Source: Octopus vulgaris (taxonomy: Eukaryota). Taken from it: 64,000 bases of DNA. The notes beneath the pieces are model-generated. The model searched no databases, was not told where the DNA came from, and saw nothing but the letters and a program-made list of their open reading frames with translations. Positions 27,561-40,599 of the stretch are shown here, in pieces; the stretch's first letter is position 1, and every line of letters begins with the position of its first letter. The stretch spans positions 10,292,001-10,356,000 of the forward strand of contig OX597832.1 of the NCBI GenBank assembly GCA_951406725.2. The letters are read 5' to 3'. Both the position numbers and the translations under genes were made by a program.

Positions 27561-29634
27561 TAGTAATAAAGCGAAAATTAAATGAAGAGCTCAGGATTTT
27601 ACTCAGTTAATTCCTTTGGCAAAACATTTTTATAGATCTCATATTATTCTTTGAACGAGGCGACTGTTGGATGTATGAATATGGTAGCAAAGTGGTGGTA
27701 ATATGCCGTTAATTAAGATGGTCGATAAAAAGAAATATTCATAAATCATTTTGCTATAAGAGCAAGATAAAAATTCCATTTACTAGCATTAATAGGAGAA
27801 GCATGGACATTTTGAGAAACGACCATATTTTCACAACATAACAGAGACAAGTGAATGTACGACGGCGTATAGAGACACGGCAAGATATTAGCCTCTAAGC
27901 TGAGAAACTTATTGCTAATTGATTGCTTGACTGCACAACTGAACTAGTATATATTTTGTGAGAGACTACACTTTCCTGGAAGCTCAGTTGTTCAAGAATG
28001 TTTATAATATAAACCTGAAAGATAAAGCATTCAAAGAGTTAACGAACGCAGGTAACATGAAATTAAATAACTTACACATGTGTCACAGTTTAATTTACAA
28101 TTTGTAGAGAAATATAGTGCCAGAAATAGCACAGTATATGCAAAGAAATAGCAAAAAATATTACTGATACTACACAAGGCGCCAACATGTTTATTGAACT
28201 AAAATGAACTTTCTAATTGATTGGGGGCAGAATTTATCCCACAATTATACAAATTCGTTTTTAGTCACAAAATCGATTTGTGACAACTAACATGGATAAT
28301 TATTGTCTAAGGGGTATTTTAAAAAGTTACGAAAGCAATTGGTAAGGGGATAAGCCTTTACTTTAAGACGTTTAAGACGTTTTGAAGTTCAACATATCGG
28401 CTATTGTGCTTAATATACCAATGTTATTTTTTTTAAGTAAAACCGTCAAGTTTGAATGGTTATTTAAAAAATAAGTAACATATATGGTCAAACTGTTAGT
28501 ATGGCTTGAGAATTTCACAGGCAGAAAACTTTAGATAACTATCGAAAAGTTTGTAACGCTTGCTAATCTAGTGCATCAACAAATCAATAATGTTGATGTG
28601 ATTGTGTTCAAAATGTAACCTAAAAATCATGCGAATTATATAATACTGTTAGCTCAGGGGAAGCTATGATATTCCAACGAACGCAGTAGAATAAACTGGA
28701 AATTTGCTACAGGAGTGAAATTAATACATGTAAGCCAGCGAATTTTCGATACTTCTAATCATGAACGCGAACAAAAATTGAAAAGCAGTTTACAATGAGT
28801 ACATTTCCTACAAGCAGATGTACACTGAGAAGATGTGCTATAAACACCAAACAATTTTGGATGAACTTAATACTGCAGAAAAGTTCTGATGATGACGAAC
28901 TATCAGATATAATATGCTCCTTATTATCCGACTAATTAAACATTACTCCACATATTTTCCCTCAAATATTTACTCTTTGCATACCGTAATGTGTATCTAA
29001 TCACAAATTTTATTGCATCTGTTATTCTTCTTGTTTCTATTTATTTTCTTTTGGATAAAATCGGTTGAAGCAGGGCATCATTTTGACGTTTGAGTTACGG
29101 ATTTTCTCGAAACAAGTTTTCAGAAAAAATTTACTTACATAACACTGAAATTCTTATAGTTTCCACTGAGAAGGGAACAATTATATTCCTTTTAAAATCT
29201 GTAAAGTATATCTGTAAAATATATCAACTGAATAACAAGGGAAAAATAAAAACAATTTGACAGCTTCAGACGTAGGTAAGAATATACATCATTTCTTTAA
29301 AAACAATTGATACTGTGAAATTTCATAAAAATCAGATTTTTCCAAACAACATTACTTTTTCAATAAAAGGTTTCTGTTTTTCTTCGAATGAAATAATAAT
29401 AGTTATTTTACGTATTTATTTATTTAATTTTGCATAAAATTTGCGGAAATTCGGAGAGGTGAAATAATTCAGAAAATATTGAATTTTTGAATTACTCTCT
29501 AAATACATTAAAATTTAGGAAGACATATTATGTATGCTTATTGCACAATCAGCCACCTACACATATATATATAAAGACATATAAGTATACAAACATATAC
29601 ACATATATAATTATACGTATGTGTGTGTGTGTGT

Positions 29635-29703
<69 letters not shown>

Positions 29704-29720
29704 CATAAATATATATATAA

Positions 29721-29811
<91 letters not shown>

Positions 29812-30702
29812 TTATTTATGTGTATCTGTGAGTATTAAGTGTCTTAATACGTAGTGCATTGTTTATTTCATATATTGTTTTATATAACATCTAACATTTT
29901 CCTTGGATAGACAGGCCTGAAATGGCATTGTTTTATTTTATTTTCATTTAAGTTATTGAAACGCAAATTATACTTAAAGAAGTAAAACTAAACACGCTTA
30001 TCTGAAATAAATTATAGCATATTGTCTTCGATATAATGAAATTATATAGAATTGGAACAGAATAAGAAATAATATAAAACTATCTAATTGCTTTTCATTT
30101 ATGATACATGTTCTGAGAAATCTAGAGATACGGCAAAATGTCTTCCTATTTATTTGTAACAAAAATACACCTCTTCCGGATGAGCGAATCACTGATTCTG
30201 TCACTACACAGGAATTATAGTTCACTTATAGGCAAACAATCATTTGCTTTCAAATATCCATAAAAATAAATTTTCGTAAGTTTTTTTTAGTTTTTTCTAT
30301 AAGAACCGCATATGAATGAAAATAATTACAAAGAGGAATTGTCTTGCATACGCCGAATTACATCTAATGCTAATATTTGAAAGAATATACTACAAAAACA
30401 ATTATATAACGTTACTAACCTTAAACTGTTTGTAAAATATGAAGAACCCTCTCTTCAGTAATAGAGAATTCAATGTGAGATGTAAAGTTGCTTAAGAGAA
30501 TGGTAAAGAGAGGAGCAATGGATTTACATTTAGTATGTAATTATCAAGGTCGTCGGTGTGATAAGAATCAGAGATATAGACCTGTAAACTCAGTAAAACG
30601 CGGAGGCTAGGTACTAATTTTGGTAGGTAATATATATTTGAGCAACCATATTTGTATTTATGCCTCTGTATGTAAGTCTGCATTTATATACACGCATACA
30701 TG

Positions 30703-30756
<54 letters not shown>

Positions 30757-30761
30757 AAATA

Positions 30762-31400
30762 TGATAACATAGCATGCAGTTCAATGCTGAAAAGTTTCAA
30801 ACATTATGCTATCAGCATGCAAAACTAAATGCAATACCCAATAAACACACTGGACCAGGAGGGATTGCAATCCGACAGTCACAATCAGTGCGAGACCTGG
30901 GTATTTACATGAGTAACGATGCAACATTTCATGTGCATGTTGCTAAATTGGCAATGAAATGTAGGCGGCTGACCGGGTGGATTCTGAGAGCCTTTAGAAC
31001 AAGCGACCAGGAAACCGTGATGGTCCTCTGGAGGACACTTGTCCTTAGCCACTTTGACTATTGTTCTCAGCTATGGTCACCATCCAGTGTCAAATTAATC
31101 ACACGCGATCCAACGAGATTAAGACTCAAGAGATTAAGACTCTATTCCTTAGAGGGTAGGCGAGAAAAATATGCCATAATATACATCTGGAAAATACTGG
31201 AAGGACTTGTCACAAACTTTGGCATCGAGAGTTACACAAATACTAGAACTGGGCGACACTGAATAGTGCCAAGGACTCCAAATTTGCCATCAAGATTAGG
31301 ACAAGATAGTGTGATAGCCTGGGCTTCGGAGGACCAGAGCTCTTCAATATCCTCCCTAAGGACCTGAGAGACCTTCATGGGGTGGATGCAGATGTCTTTA
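30762..31400 (+). mobile_element. CR1-clade LINE 3' fragment (RT thumb/C-terminus)
   Basis: MQFNAEKFQ..SVRDLGIYMSND..WILRAFRTSD..LWRTLVLSHFDYCSQLWSP..RLKRLRLYSLEGRREKY. Confidence 0.88.
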
Positions 31401-31611
31401 TATAATTATATATATATATATATATATAAGTGTGTGTTTCTTTGCACATGTTCGTGTGTCTGCGCTTGTCCGCCACGATGGTTTGACAACCGATGTGGGA
31501 CGAGAAACACAGCTACAAATACCAATTGCATACATACTTAAATACACACACAGACACACCCACACAAACACCCATGCACACACACACACACAAACACGCA
31601 CACACACACAT

Positions 31612-31680
<69 letters not shown>

Positions 31681-31685
<5 letters not shown>

Positions 31686-32072
31686 GAAAGAATGGAGTTG
31701 AACGACAATTTAACAAAATTCCTTTATTCTCGACATTTGTTTTGAAGACTGCATATTCCTAATTTTGAAGGAATAAGGGGTGCATTATGCCGCCTTCTTA
31801 TCAGGAAAAACAAGGAACTTATGTCAGCATCAAGTCAAGATGAACAAAAGCTCTTAGATAACTGCCCACACATTGCTATGGGCTCTCTGTGGGCAGTCAT
31901 CTAAGATCTTTCGTTCATCTTGATGCTGACATAAGTTCCTTGTTTTTCCTGATGAGAAGGCGGCATAATGCACCCCTTATTCCTTCCAAATTAGGAATAT
32001 GCAGCCTTCGAAACATATGTCGAGAATAAAGGAATTTTGTTAAATCGTCGTTCAATTGCATTCTATCATTTA
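31681..32072. repeat. ~390-bp near-perfect palindrome abutting (TA)n, carrying two inverted HHR motifs
   Basis: Arms 31681-31870 and 31888-32072 are reverse complements with scattered mismatches and a 5-bp indel; 17-nt loop. Confidence 0.95.
31944..32026 (+). ncRNA. Intact-looking type I hammerhead ribozyme
   Basis: Stem I TTTTC/GAGAA; core CTGATGA (31949-31955); stem II GAAGGCGGCATA/TATGCAGCCTTC (11 of 12 bp); GAAAC-ATAT-GTC (32010-32021) with palindromic stem III ACATATGT and a GUC cleavage triplet. Confidence 0.85.
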
Positions 32073-32221
32073 TTTGTATTAAGTAAAACACACAAATTTC
32101 CACACGGAAGCACGTGATCTCTGCTCTTGGCATGTAGCTTCAACCGTGTTTTTCTGACGTGAATTTTGCTAACCAGGTATCGGTTGACCGAATTATCCAT
32201 ACTAAGATAATTAATCAACTA

Positions 32222-32264
<43 letters not shown>

Positions 32265-33753
32265 TATCTATATACAATGTCAAATGGGTATCCAGTATCT
32301 ATAAAGCACCCAATGGTAAATAAATTTGGTTAAGTATGTTGAACAGTTACCAATAAATAGATGTAGAATAAGCATTAAAGGTATTCCTTCGTGTATTCCT
32401 TCGTGTAAGTCCAAGTATCTCATAGACGACGTTCAAGAAATTCGAAATAAAACTACAAGAATAAGAATAGGGAGCGTCATATATTTCATTGGTTATTACG
32501 CCATACATTATCTACAATCGTTCTTATTTTGCCATCATATATAGATTCAGAAACTCGTAAAAATTAGAAAGTCATGCCAGTACATCCAAAAATATATATT
32601 ATCAACACATTATCAAGGTTATCTAACAAGCATTGAATTCAAAATGATCTGAGAAAATATTTCTAATAGACAACCAAATACGATTAGAACGTTAATAAGA
32701 AATAGAACATCGTAAGAAAAGCCAGTCTAATATTTAACTTTTGTTGACGTCAGTAGGTAAATAAGAATAAACATGGGAATTCTACGTCATGAAAGTTAGA
32801 AACATTGAAACTCTACACCACGTCTCTGTAGAAGTATGTAAATCTTATATTAATGGTTGATTTTTATGCATGAGTTTGTGGTTGATACTGTAGTCATTTG
32901 TCTAAATTCAACCGTACATACACTCATTTACAGATATCTGCATAAGAGCATAAAAAGTGTTTGACTTCGAGATGAAATACAATACAAAAATTAATAATAT
33001 ATTCACACAGAGGTTATTCAGATCACAAACTTGTTTCTGTAAAATGACATATACACACACACACGCGCTGTCAATACACAAAACTCAAAACATTTATATG
33101 AATTATTGTACAAATACTTAAACAACGAAACCCATCCGCAAACTAAAATAATTCAAGTCACACAGGTAAATGAATGCATCATGGAAAGGTATTTAAATCT
33201 GAAGGAAATGAAGATCCGTTTCTCTATCATTCTAATAAAAATCATTAGCGTGTTAATTAAAATGCAAACAAATAATTACCATAATTAAATGCAAGATACT
33301 AGGCTTCCCAGTTTATTAGAATAATTGGCAATAAACAATATTGCGATTATTTCCATAGACTAAGATCCATGCATTATTCCCTTCTCGATTCAACAGATTT
33401 TAATATGTAACATTTTCTTTGCTTTAGGTTTCTGTCCTGTTTATTTGTTTACGTATCTTTTGAATAATTCAGCATTTGAGCTGACTAAGCGAGTTAGATA
33501 ATATAAAATACATAGTTAAAAAATATCATCATAATACCTCAATATATTGTACAGTCACATTTTTCTCTGTATAATATCAAACCACATTACCTAAAATATC
33601 AGAAACATTTGTGTATAAATATATGGAAATATCATATATAAAAGTACACAAATGCTCGAGTGTTTGTGAAAATGCGGGTTTTTTTAAGTATTTCTGCAAC
33701 AGTTTATATATGTATATATATATGTATGTATATATCCTGTTAAGTATTTCTAC

Positions 33754-33817
<64 letters not shown>

Positions 33818-33819
<2 letters not shown>

Positions 33820-34097
33820 ATATTAGGGAATGAATCCAAACTTACAGGGAAAAATCAGATTTAGGATTGAATCCAATTTTATTGTAAAATATTATATTAT
33901 ATTAAATTAGAGATAAAACCACTATTAGGCAAATCATACAATGGAAAACTTAAGCCAATACATAAGATTATTTAATTTATATTATTTAAATATATAACAA
34001 AATAATTTTTAAAAAATATAATTAATATAACACTACGATCGTTTCATGGCTGTTAATTTCTGTAAATTTTCGAGTTACAGTCATTGATCAGGTGGTT
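33818..34097 (-). mobile_element. PLE pLTR-like non-autonomous element between microsatellites with a degenerate HHR (34029-34097)
   Basis: Minus strand AACCAC-CTGATCA-ATGACTGT..ACAGCCAT-GAAAC-GATC-GTA-GTGTT. Flanked by (TA)n and (TATG)n. Confidence 0.65.
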
Positions 34098-34100
34098 TAA

Positions 34101-34131
<31 letters not shown>

Positions 34132-34157
34132 TGTATGTATGTATGTATGTATGTATG

Positions 34158-34188
<31 letters not shown>

Positions 34189-34200
34189 GTATGTGTGTAT

Positions 34201-35140
34201 AACTTTATAAATACAAGGGTAAAAATTATTGAATAACTTTTACCAGTGGTTAGCATGCGTAATAAAGGTAAAAAGACATGAATATTTTTAAATATGATCT
34301 TGCGTGAAATATACACGGAGAAAACAACAACTATGTGGGTTTCTTACATCCTAAAAATGGCAATAAAAGCCCCAAACCCAAGAAAGTATATCCTTGACTT
34401 AGACGACGTTGTTTGTGCGCGAGCAAGTTATTTGAGTGAATAAAAATATCAGTTAACCTTATACTCATGATTTTCACCATTAATGACGAAATAAATCAAA
34501 TAACATGTTAATTAATTGGTTAATTAGTCAGCCCTACCTCGGCAGTAAAATCGTTGTAAAATGTATAAATTATGAACTACAATATGTACCGAAAACACAA
34601 TTTAAACATGCGCATTTAGTTGTATCTTTATACATCAATAATTAAGATCAAATGCCTTCAACTCAACGTGCAAAACCAGAGTAGTATAGCACTGAATAAA
34701 TTCAAACGTACACCATCTGTCCAAAGAATTTAAATATTTAACTTTTTAAATACGAGGATAAAAATTATTAAATAAGTTTTCACCAGTGGCTAGCATCTAA
34801 AAGTCGAAAGACAAATATTTTTCAATATTATAGTGTATGAAATATACACGGAGAGAAAACAACTATGTAGATTTCTTACATGCTACAAATGGCAACCAAA
34901 GCCCAAAACCACGAAAAAATATTCTTAACTAACAGCACGTTAATTGTATGCGAGTAAGACAATTGGATGAATAAACATTACGGTTAAATGAGATTTTCAT
35001 TCTCCCAAGTGTCTTGCTCACGTACAATGTGCTCTAATGTAAGTATATATTTTCGTGCTTTTGGTTTTTGACTGCCATTTTTAGCATGTAAGAAATCCAC
35101 CGTGGTTTTTCTTTCTGAGTATATTTCATATACTATTATA
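34201..35140. repeat. Locally triplicated ~250-bp unit: two direct copies and one inverted partial copy
   Basis: 34201-34456 and 34740-34988 are direct copies. 34989-35140 is the reverse complement of the unit's 3' part (shared TGAAATATAC..TTTCTTACAT.CTA.AAATGGCA). Confidence 0.85.
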
Positions 35141-35183
35141 TACATACAAAAATACATACATACATACGTACATATATATATAT

Positions 35184-35247
<64 letters not shown>

Positions 35248-35333
35248 CGGGAAGTTTTATGAAAATAGACAAAAGGCGAAGGCAGGTGGAATACAAACAA
35301 ATAATTGTTTGTATTCATATATATATATAATAC

Positions 35334-35365
<32 letters not shown>

Positions 35366-35367
35366 TC

Positions 35368-35407
<40 letters not shown>

Positions 35408-35431
35408 AAATATATATATTATTTTATTTTA

Positions 35432-35620
35432 AACTTTTATTTGTTTCAGTTATTTTGACTGCGACCATGCTGGAGCACCGTCTTTATTCGACAAAATTGA
35501 CGCCAGAACTTATTCTTTGTAAGCCCAGTACTTGTTGTATCCGCCTCTTTGCTGAACCGATAAGTTATGAGAAGGTAATTACAGCAGCATCGGTAGTCTA
35601 GCGATGTTGGTGTCGGGGGC

Positions 35621-35682
<62 letters not shown>

Positions 35683-35691
35683 CCATAAACA

Positions 35692-35728
<37 letters not shown>

Positions 35729-36294
35729 CGATGGGCTTCTTTCAGCTTCCGTCTACCAAACCACTCACAAGACTTTGGTCGGCCTGATGTTCTAATAGAA
35801 GACACTTGCCCAAGGTGCCATGCATAGGGACAACCCAGAATCATGTGGTTGGTTACCTAGCTACTTTATTTCATTCCATTGCCGATAAAGGCCTTATACA
35901 GAGGGTGTAGCTTGCTGGCTGGACAAAAATCATTAATGAATATGATGGTACAAATGGGAGAAGGCAATCTTTTGTTTCTAAAAAAATTTTTTCCAAAACA
36001 AAAAACAACAAAACGAGACGTTAAACCTCTTGTCTCAGTTCTGGACGTAATAATCCATTACAAATTGAGGCGCTGAATCTCTTGCAAGCAATAAACATTT
36101 AGGCACTAAAGCCTCTTTTTCCTTCCTCCCAGACCAGGCCATATGCCTCCTGCGGGTAATGCTCTAGCTCCAGCTCGGGACCCCAGAAAGCGAACCTAAG
36201 CTGGTCCTTCGGAAAGGAGAGCTCCACCCTGAAAATATCGAAGTCCGATATGTCTTCTGTAGGTAGCTACTTATCACACAGTCACTTCTGAGCC
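35432..36294 (-). mobile_element. SINE family A copy split by a 397-bp insertion
   Basis: SINE body 35432-35866 resumes at 36264-36294. Duplicated TAGCTACTT at both junctions. Confidence 0.88.
35867..36263 (-). pseudogene. TSD-flanked 5'-truncated retroposed insert with a chromo-shadow-like C-terminal ORF remnant
   Basis: 9-bp TSD TAGCTACTT (35858-35866, 36264-36272). Reading frame PTEDISDFDIFRVELSFPKDQLRFAFWGPELELEHYPQEAYGLVWEEGK/EALVPKCLLLARDSAPQFVMDYYVQN* (one frameshift in an A-run), then about 170 nt of 3' UTR. Confidence 0.55.
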
Positions 36295-36299
36295 TATAT

Positions 36300-36395
<96 letters not shown>

Positions 36396-36504
36396 GTGTC
36401 TGTGTGTGTGTGTGTGTGTGTGTATAGAGAGAGAGAGAGAAAGAGAGCAGAAGTCTACAAATATATGCAGTATCATCGGTATAAACATATATGAATACTC
36501 AGAG

Positions 36505-36827
36505 AAGAACCCCTTCGGTCATTAATGAACATGGGATTGCACCTAAAAAGCAACCCTCCGAGGCACAAGTCCGGCAACGTTGTTTATGGAAGACCAGCAT
36601 TCGTCCATGCGTACCAGCCTCCCCCTCCCCACACCACTTATGTTATCCAAGGGAAAGTTAAACGCCGATACAGCTTGGCACCTGTGACGTCGCAACTCAT
36701 TTCTACAGCTGAATTAACTGTAGCAACGTGAAATAAAATGTCTTGCTCAAGAACATAACACGCAGCACGGTCGTGGAATCTAACTCACAACCTCACTATC
36801 GTTCTCGATGCCCTAACCGATATGCCG
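36505..36827 (-). mobile_element. CORE-SINE family B copy
   Basis: Reverse-complement similarity to 27221-27560. Confidence 0.88.
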
Positions 36828-37827
36828 TTTACTTATTCATGCATGTTTAGAGAAGGTATTCTTCTTATATTGTGAATCATGTTTAAAATATTCAGGGCCC
36901 CAGAAAAACTTTACTATAATGGAAATTATCCAACGGGGTGGAAACCACTTGTTGTAAATCAGCTTATAATTTGCTATGATTTACTTTTAGATATTTGTCT
37001 ATCCTTTTGTAAACATTTCTCAATCATAATTGAAGGTCTTTCAGTTTATGTCACAATGCAGTAATAATTCTCTTCATACTACCTTTAGAAATCTTATTCA
37101 TCTCAGTCACCTACCTGCAACATTGTGTATTGCATTGGAAATTGCAAATAGTCAACAGTGAATTAAATAAGGAATAAAAATGCTGAATACTCTTTGGTGA
37201 ATTATGAGCTGGTTTTAATATTTCATAAACAAAGGGGAATTGATCTCCAGAGATTACTAACCATATTTTGAGCATGCCAGGATTTAAGGAAATCAGTGGT
37301 CGTAAAATATAATGCAAATCTAAAAACCTTAAACAAGCTGGTTTGTCTCATTGAAATCGACCGCATTAGGGAACTTCTTTGGAAATAAAGAATCATTAGC
37401 AATAAACCGGTTGAAGCAATTATCATAAATAAGCTAACTGCCAATGTGGGTAAATATAACGCATATGGTTGACAAATGCTTAGACTAGAAGCTAAAGCAA
37501 GAAATCTTCTGGTTTAGACAAATACATCTTGATATATAGTAAACTGCAGCTTTCCGTTGAATATGAAAAATAATAAAGTCTGTTAAAAATCAAAGCTAAT
37601 CAATAAAGTGACTCGGAACAAAATCTTAGCTTCCTGTAAATATATTGACGTAGTTGTTGTGTATGATTAAATAGCTATTACGTTAATAGGCAATGCAGCT
37701 ATAATTCATAGAATTGTGATATACAGCAATACTCAGGAGGCTTAATATAGTGAGTGTTCCGGAAAAATCATTCGAAGTAAGTAGATGAAATTCCTCAAAC
37801 GTCTTTCTGCAGTCAGCTACATATTGG

Positions 37828-37987
37828 TTTAAAATTTCGGCACACGACCAACAGGTTTGGGAAAGGGGCTAATGATCAATGATCAATTGTTACCTATATT
37901 TTTGAAACTCAGAATTTGAACTCAGGACATAAAGACAGACAAAATGCTCTTTGCCCGGCGTACTCACAATTATGCCAGCTTGCCGCA
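37828..37987 (-). mobile_element. Degenerate SINE related to the 39305 family
   Basis: Reverse complement GCGGCAAGCTGGCATAATTGTGAGTACGCCGGGCAAAG..TGAGTTCAAATTCTG. Confidence 0.65.
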
Positions 37988-39304
37988 TTCAGCTAGTCAA
38001 TTATTAGCAGTTACAAGAATTATAGAACGTATTTCGGAAGTATGCATTCAGCCATCAAATTAGTTGGGAACATTCAACCCTGTGCACGGTATGAGATGCA
38101 TCAAATGCAATTTGCCTATTTAATATCAAGACAAATAGTTGATGCAACAAATATATTCGAAAATGCAATCGAATAAGTTGAGTCTAGAAAAGAACAAACA
38201 ACTATTTATTCGTCATACTGTGTTGCTAGTTTCTTCTTTATTTTAGTACGTAGCAAAAAGAACTTGGAAATACCTTCGTATAATGACAGAGCTTTTTTAT
38301 AACCAGGTAAAATTACATGTAAATTGTGATGTTAAGTTGAACGTAATAAGAAATGGAATTGTATGTTAGCGTTATAAAAACTAAATGGTTTAGATAGAAA
38401 TTCAAAGTCACTTCACTTCTCATAAATGAGCTAAGTTCTCCTTTCTGTTCCGGAGGGAGATATTGCTTAAAGTCTTTTAGCATATATATTGAGTGATGGT
38501 CTAACAAAATGTAAATGAACGTAATGTCTTTTGCATAAGAATATAGAACTATGTTCGGAAATGTTCCTATAAATTTTGCATCAGAAAATTAGTATGGATA
38601 TTGGTCATACTACGTAATTATAATTTGAAGGTTCGTTTTCCACATTTTCTCATTAGAAAATAATTGCTTTCACATTTCCCAAACGTTCCCCAAGTGAGGA
38701 ACAGTAAATGGTAACCTAGCAGAATTTCTGTCTCAGAAGGCAAACCACTTGAAACAACACATAGAATGGAATCATTTCCAAGCCTATTCTAACTGAACTA
38801 ATCCCCCACTTTTGCTGCGTCTAATAAGTAAACATTACTCGTATTAATTGTATAACGTTTGTTTTGAGGATTATATATATATATATATGATTCGTTTCTG
38901 TGATTTTATTATATATCTTAATCATACGCTTCGAAGAGCGTAATTCATTATTGCAATTTTCTCGCGCCATCATCTTCGCACACATATTTGCACTCAGATA
39001 ACAAAGAAATTTACTACACTTTTCTTGAACATTAACCTTCTTCAAATGTTTTCCCCTCCATCTTAAATCTTACGTAATTTTACTCAGATAATTGAAAATG
39101 GAAATGAAAATAAAATGCCATCGATAACATTTATCCCAGCAGCGGGATGGATTTTTGTTTTAATAATCCATATAATACTACCAAATGAGTTTTCATTTTT
39201 CTGTCGTTTGGTTTGTATCTAATGAATCATCAAATAATATAGGAAACTGAAATCGTCTTAGTTCAATTTAAGGAAGCTGCTATCTAACATTATTACATGC
39301 AGTT

Positions 39305-39698
39305 TTAGCATGCCGGGCGAAATGCGTAGCCCTATTTCGTCTGCCGTTACGTTCTGAATTCAAATTCCGCCGAGGTTGACTTTGTCTTTTATCCTTTCGG
39401 GGTCGATAAAATACGTACCCTTTACGCACTGGGGTCGATGTAATCGACTTAATCCCTTTGTCTGCCCTTGTTTGTCAACTCTATGTTTAGCCCCTTGTGT
39501 GAAGTAAAGAAATAGTTATTTCGTTTGTATTTACGTTCTGAGTTCAAATTCTGCTGAGGTCAACTTTGTCTTTCATTATTTCGGGGTCGATAAATTAAGT
39601 ACCCGTTACGCACTGGGTTCGAGGTAATCGACTTAATCCCTTTGTCTGTTCTTGTTTGTCCACTATGTTTAGCCCCTTGTGGGTAGTAAAGAAATGAG
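39305..39698 (+). mobile_element. Dimeric SINE (OK/Meta-domain-like), two tandem ~183-bp bodies under one TSD
   Basis: Units at about 39334-39516 and 39517-39698, each with CTTT.AT..TTTCGGGGTCGATAAA..GTACC. 14-bp TSD TATTACATGCAGTT at 39291-39304 and 39699-39712. Confidence 0.88.
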
Positions 39699-40599
39699 TA
39701 TTACATGCAGTTAATCCATTGTATCTTGTATGTATTGTAACAAGGCTGAATGATGCCAGACTAATTACAATTAGAAGATATTGGTTATTTTTATTTAAAT
39801 GCCGCACAGGGTTGGGACATCCATATTTTATGTAAGCGTCATTTCCAAATCCTAAATGTATTTCCTTTCCTACGAATGTTCCTCCGATGGTGCAATGACG
39901 ATGTAATAATTACGCTTTACTTACAAATGAACATTCCTTAATTAATTATTACTGCATTACAACTGAAATTTTATCAATTGAATTGAGTAATAAGCCGTCT
40001 CAAAATCCATTTCTTTCCAATAGATCATCAACCGTAACTCATCAAACGCAGTATTAAAGAGAGATACACAATATTTGGGCGATATATATTGTGGTAGAAG
40101 TTATGAAGGTGGTCTCAGGGTTATAGCAGCGAAGGAGGATACTTCAGCATTGAGATGTGATAATTGATGATAACCATGCTGAATGCCATTCAAAGTAATA
40201 TAAAGGATTACGGTTCCTCAATACTAAGATGAATTGCAAGAATTGAATTAATATCCATTAGCATCAGATCTCATGTTAAGATGTTCGTTGATGCATCTGT
40301 GATCTCTGAACCATCTGAGATGAAATATGTTAGGATGTCAAGTATATATGTCAGTCAATTTGCTATCTTTGTCAATACCTAATAAAAAAATTCCTTACAA
40401 ATATTAGCAAATGAGTGCCGGGTGAAGGATGACATCAAATATTGTTAATTTTATTGTTAATATTATTACTATTCTTGTAAATATATTGCTGATTCTATAA
40501 TAATAAAAACTATTACTATTATTATTGCTGTCGCCGTTGTTGTTGTTGTTGTTGTTATTATCATTGTTGTTGTTATGGTGTGCACGATTGTTTTACATT

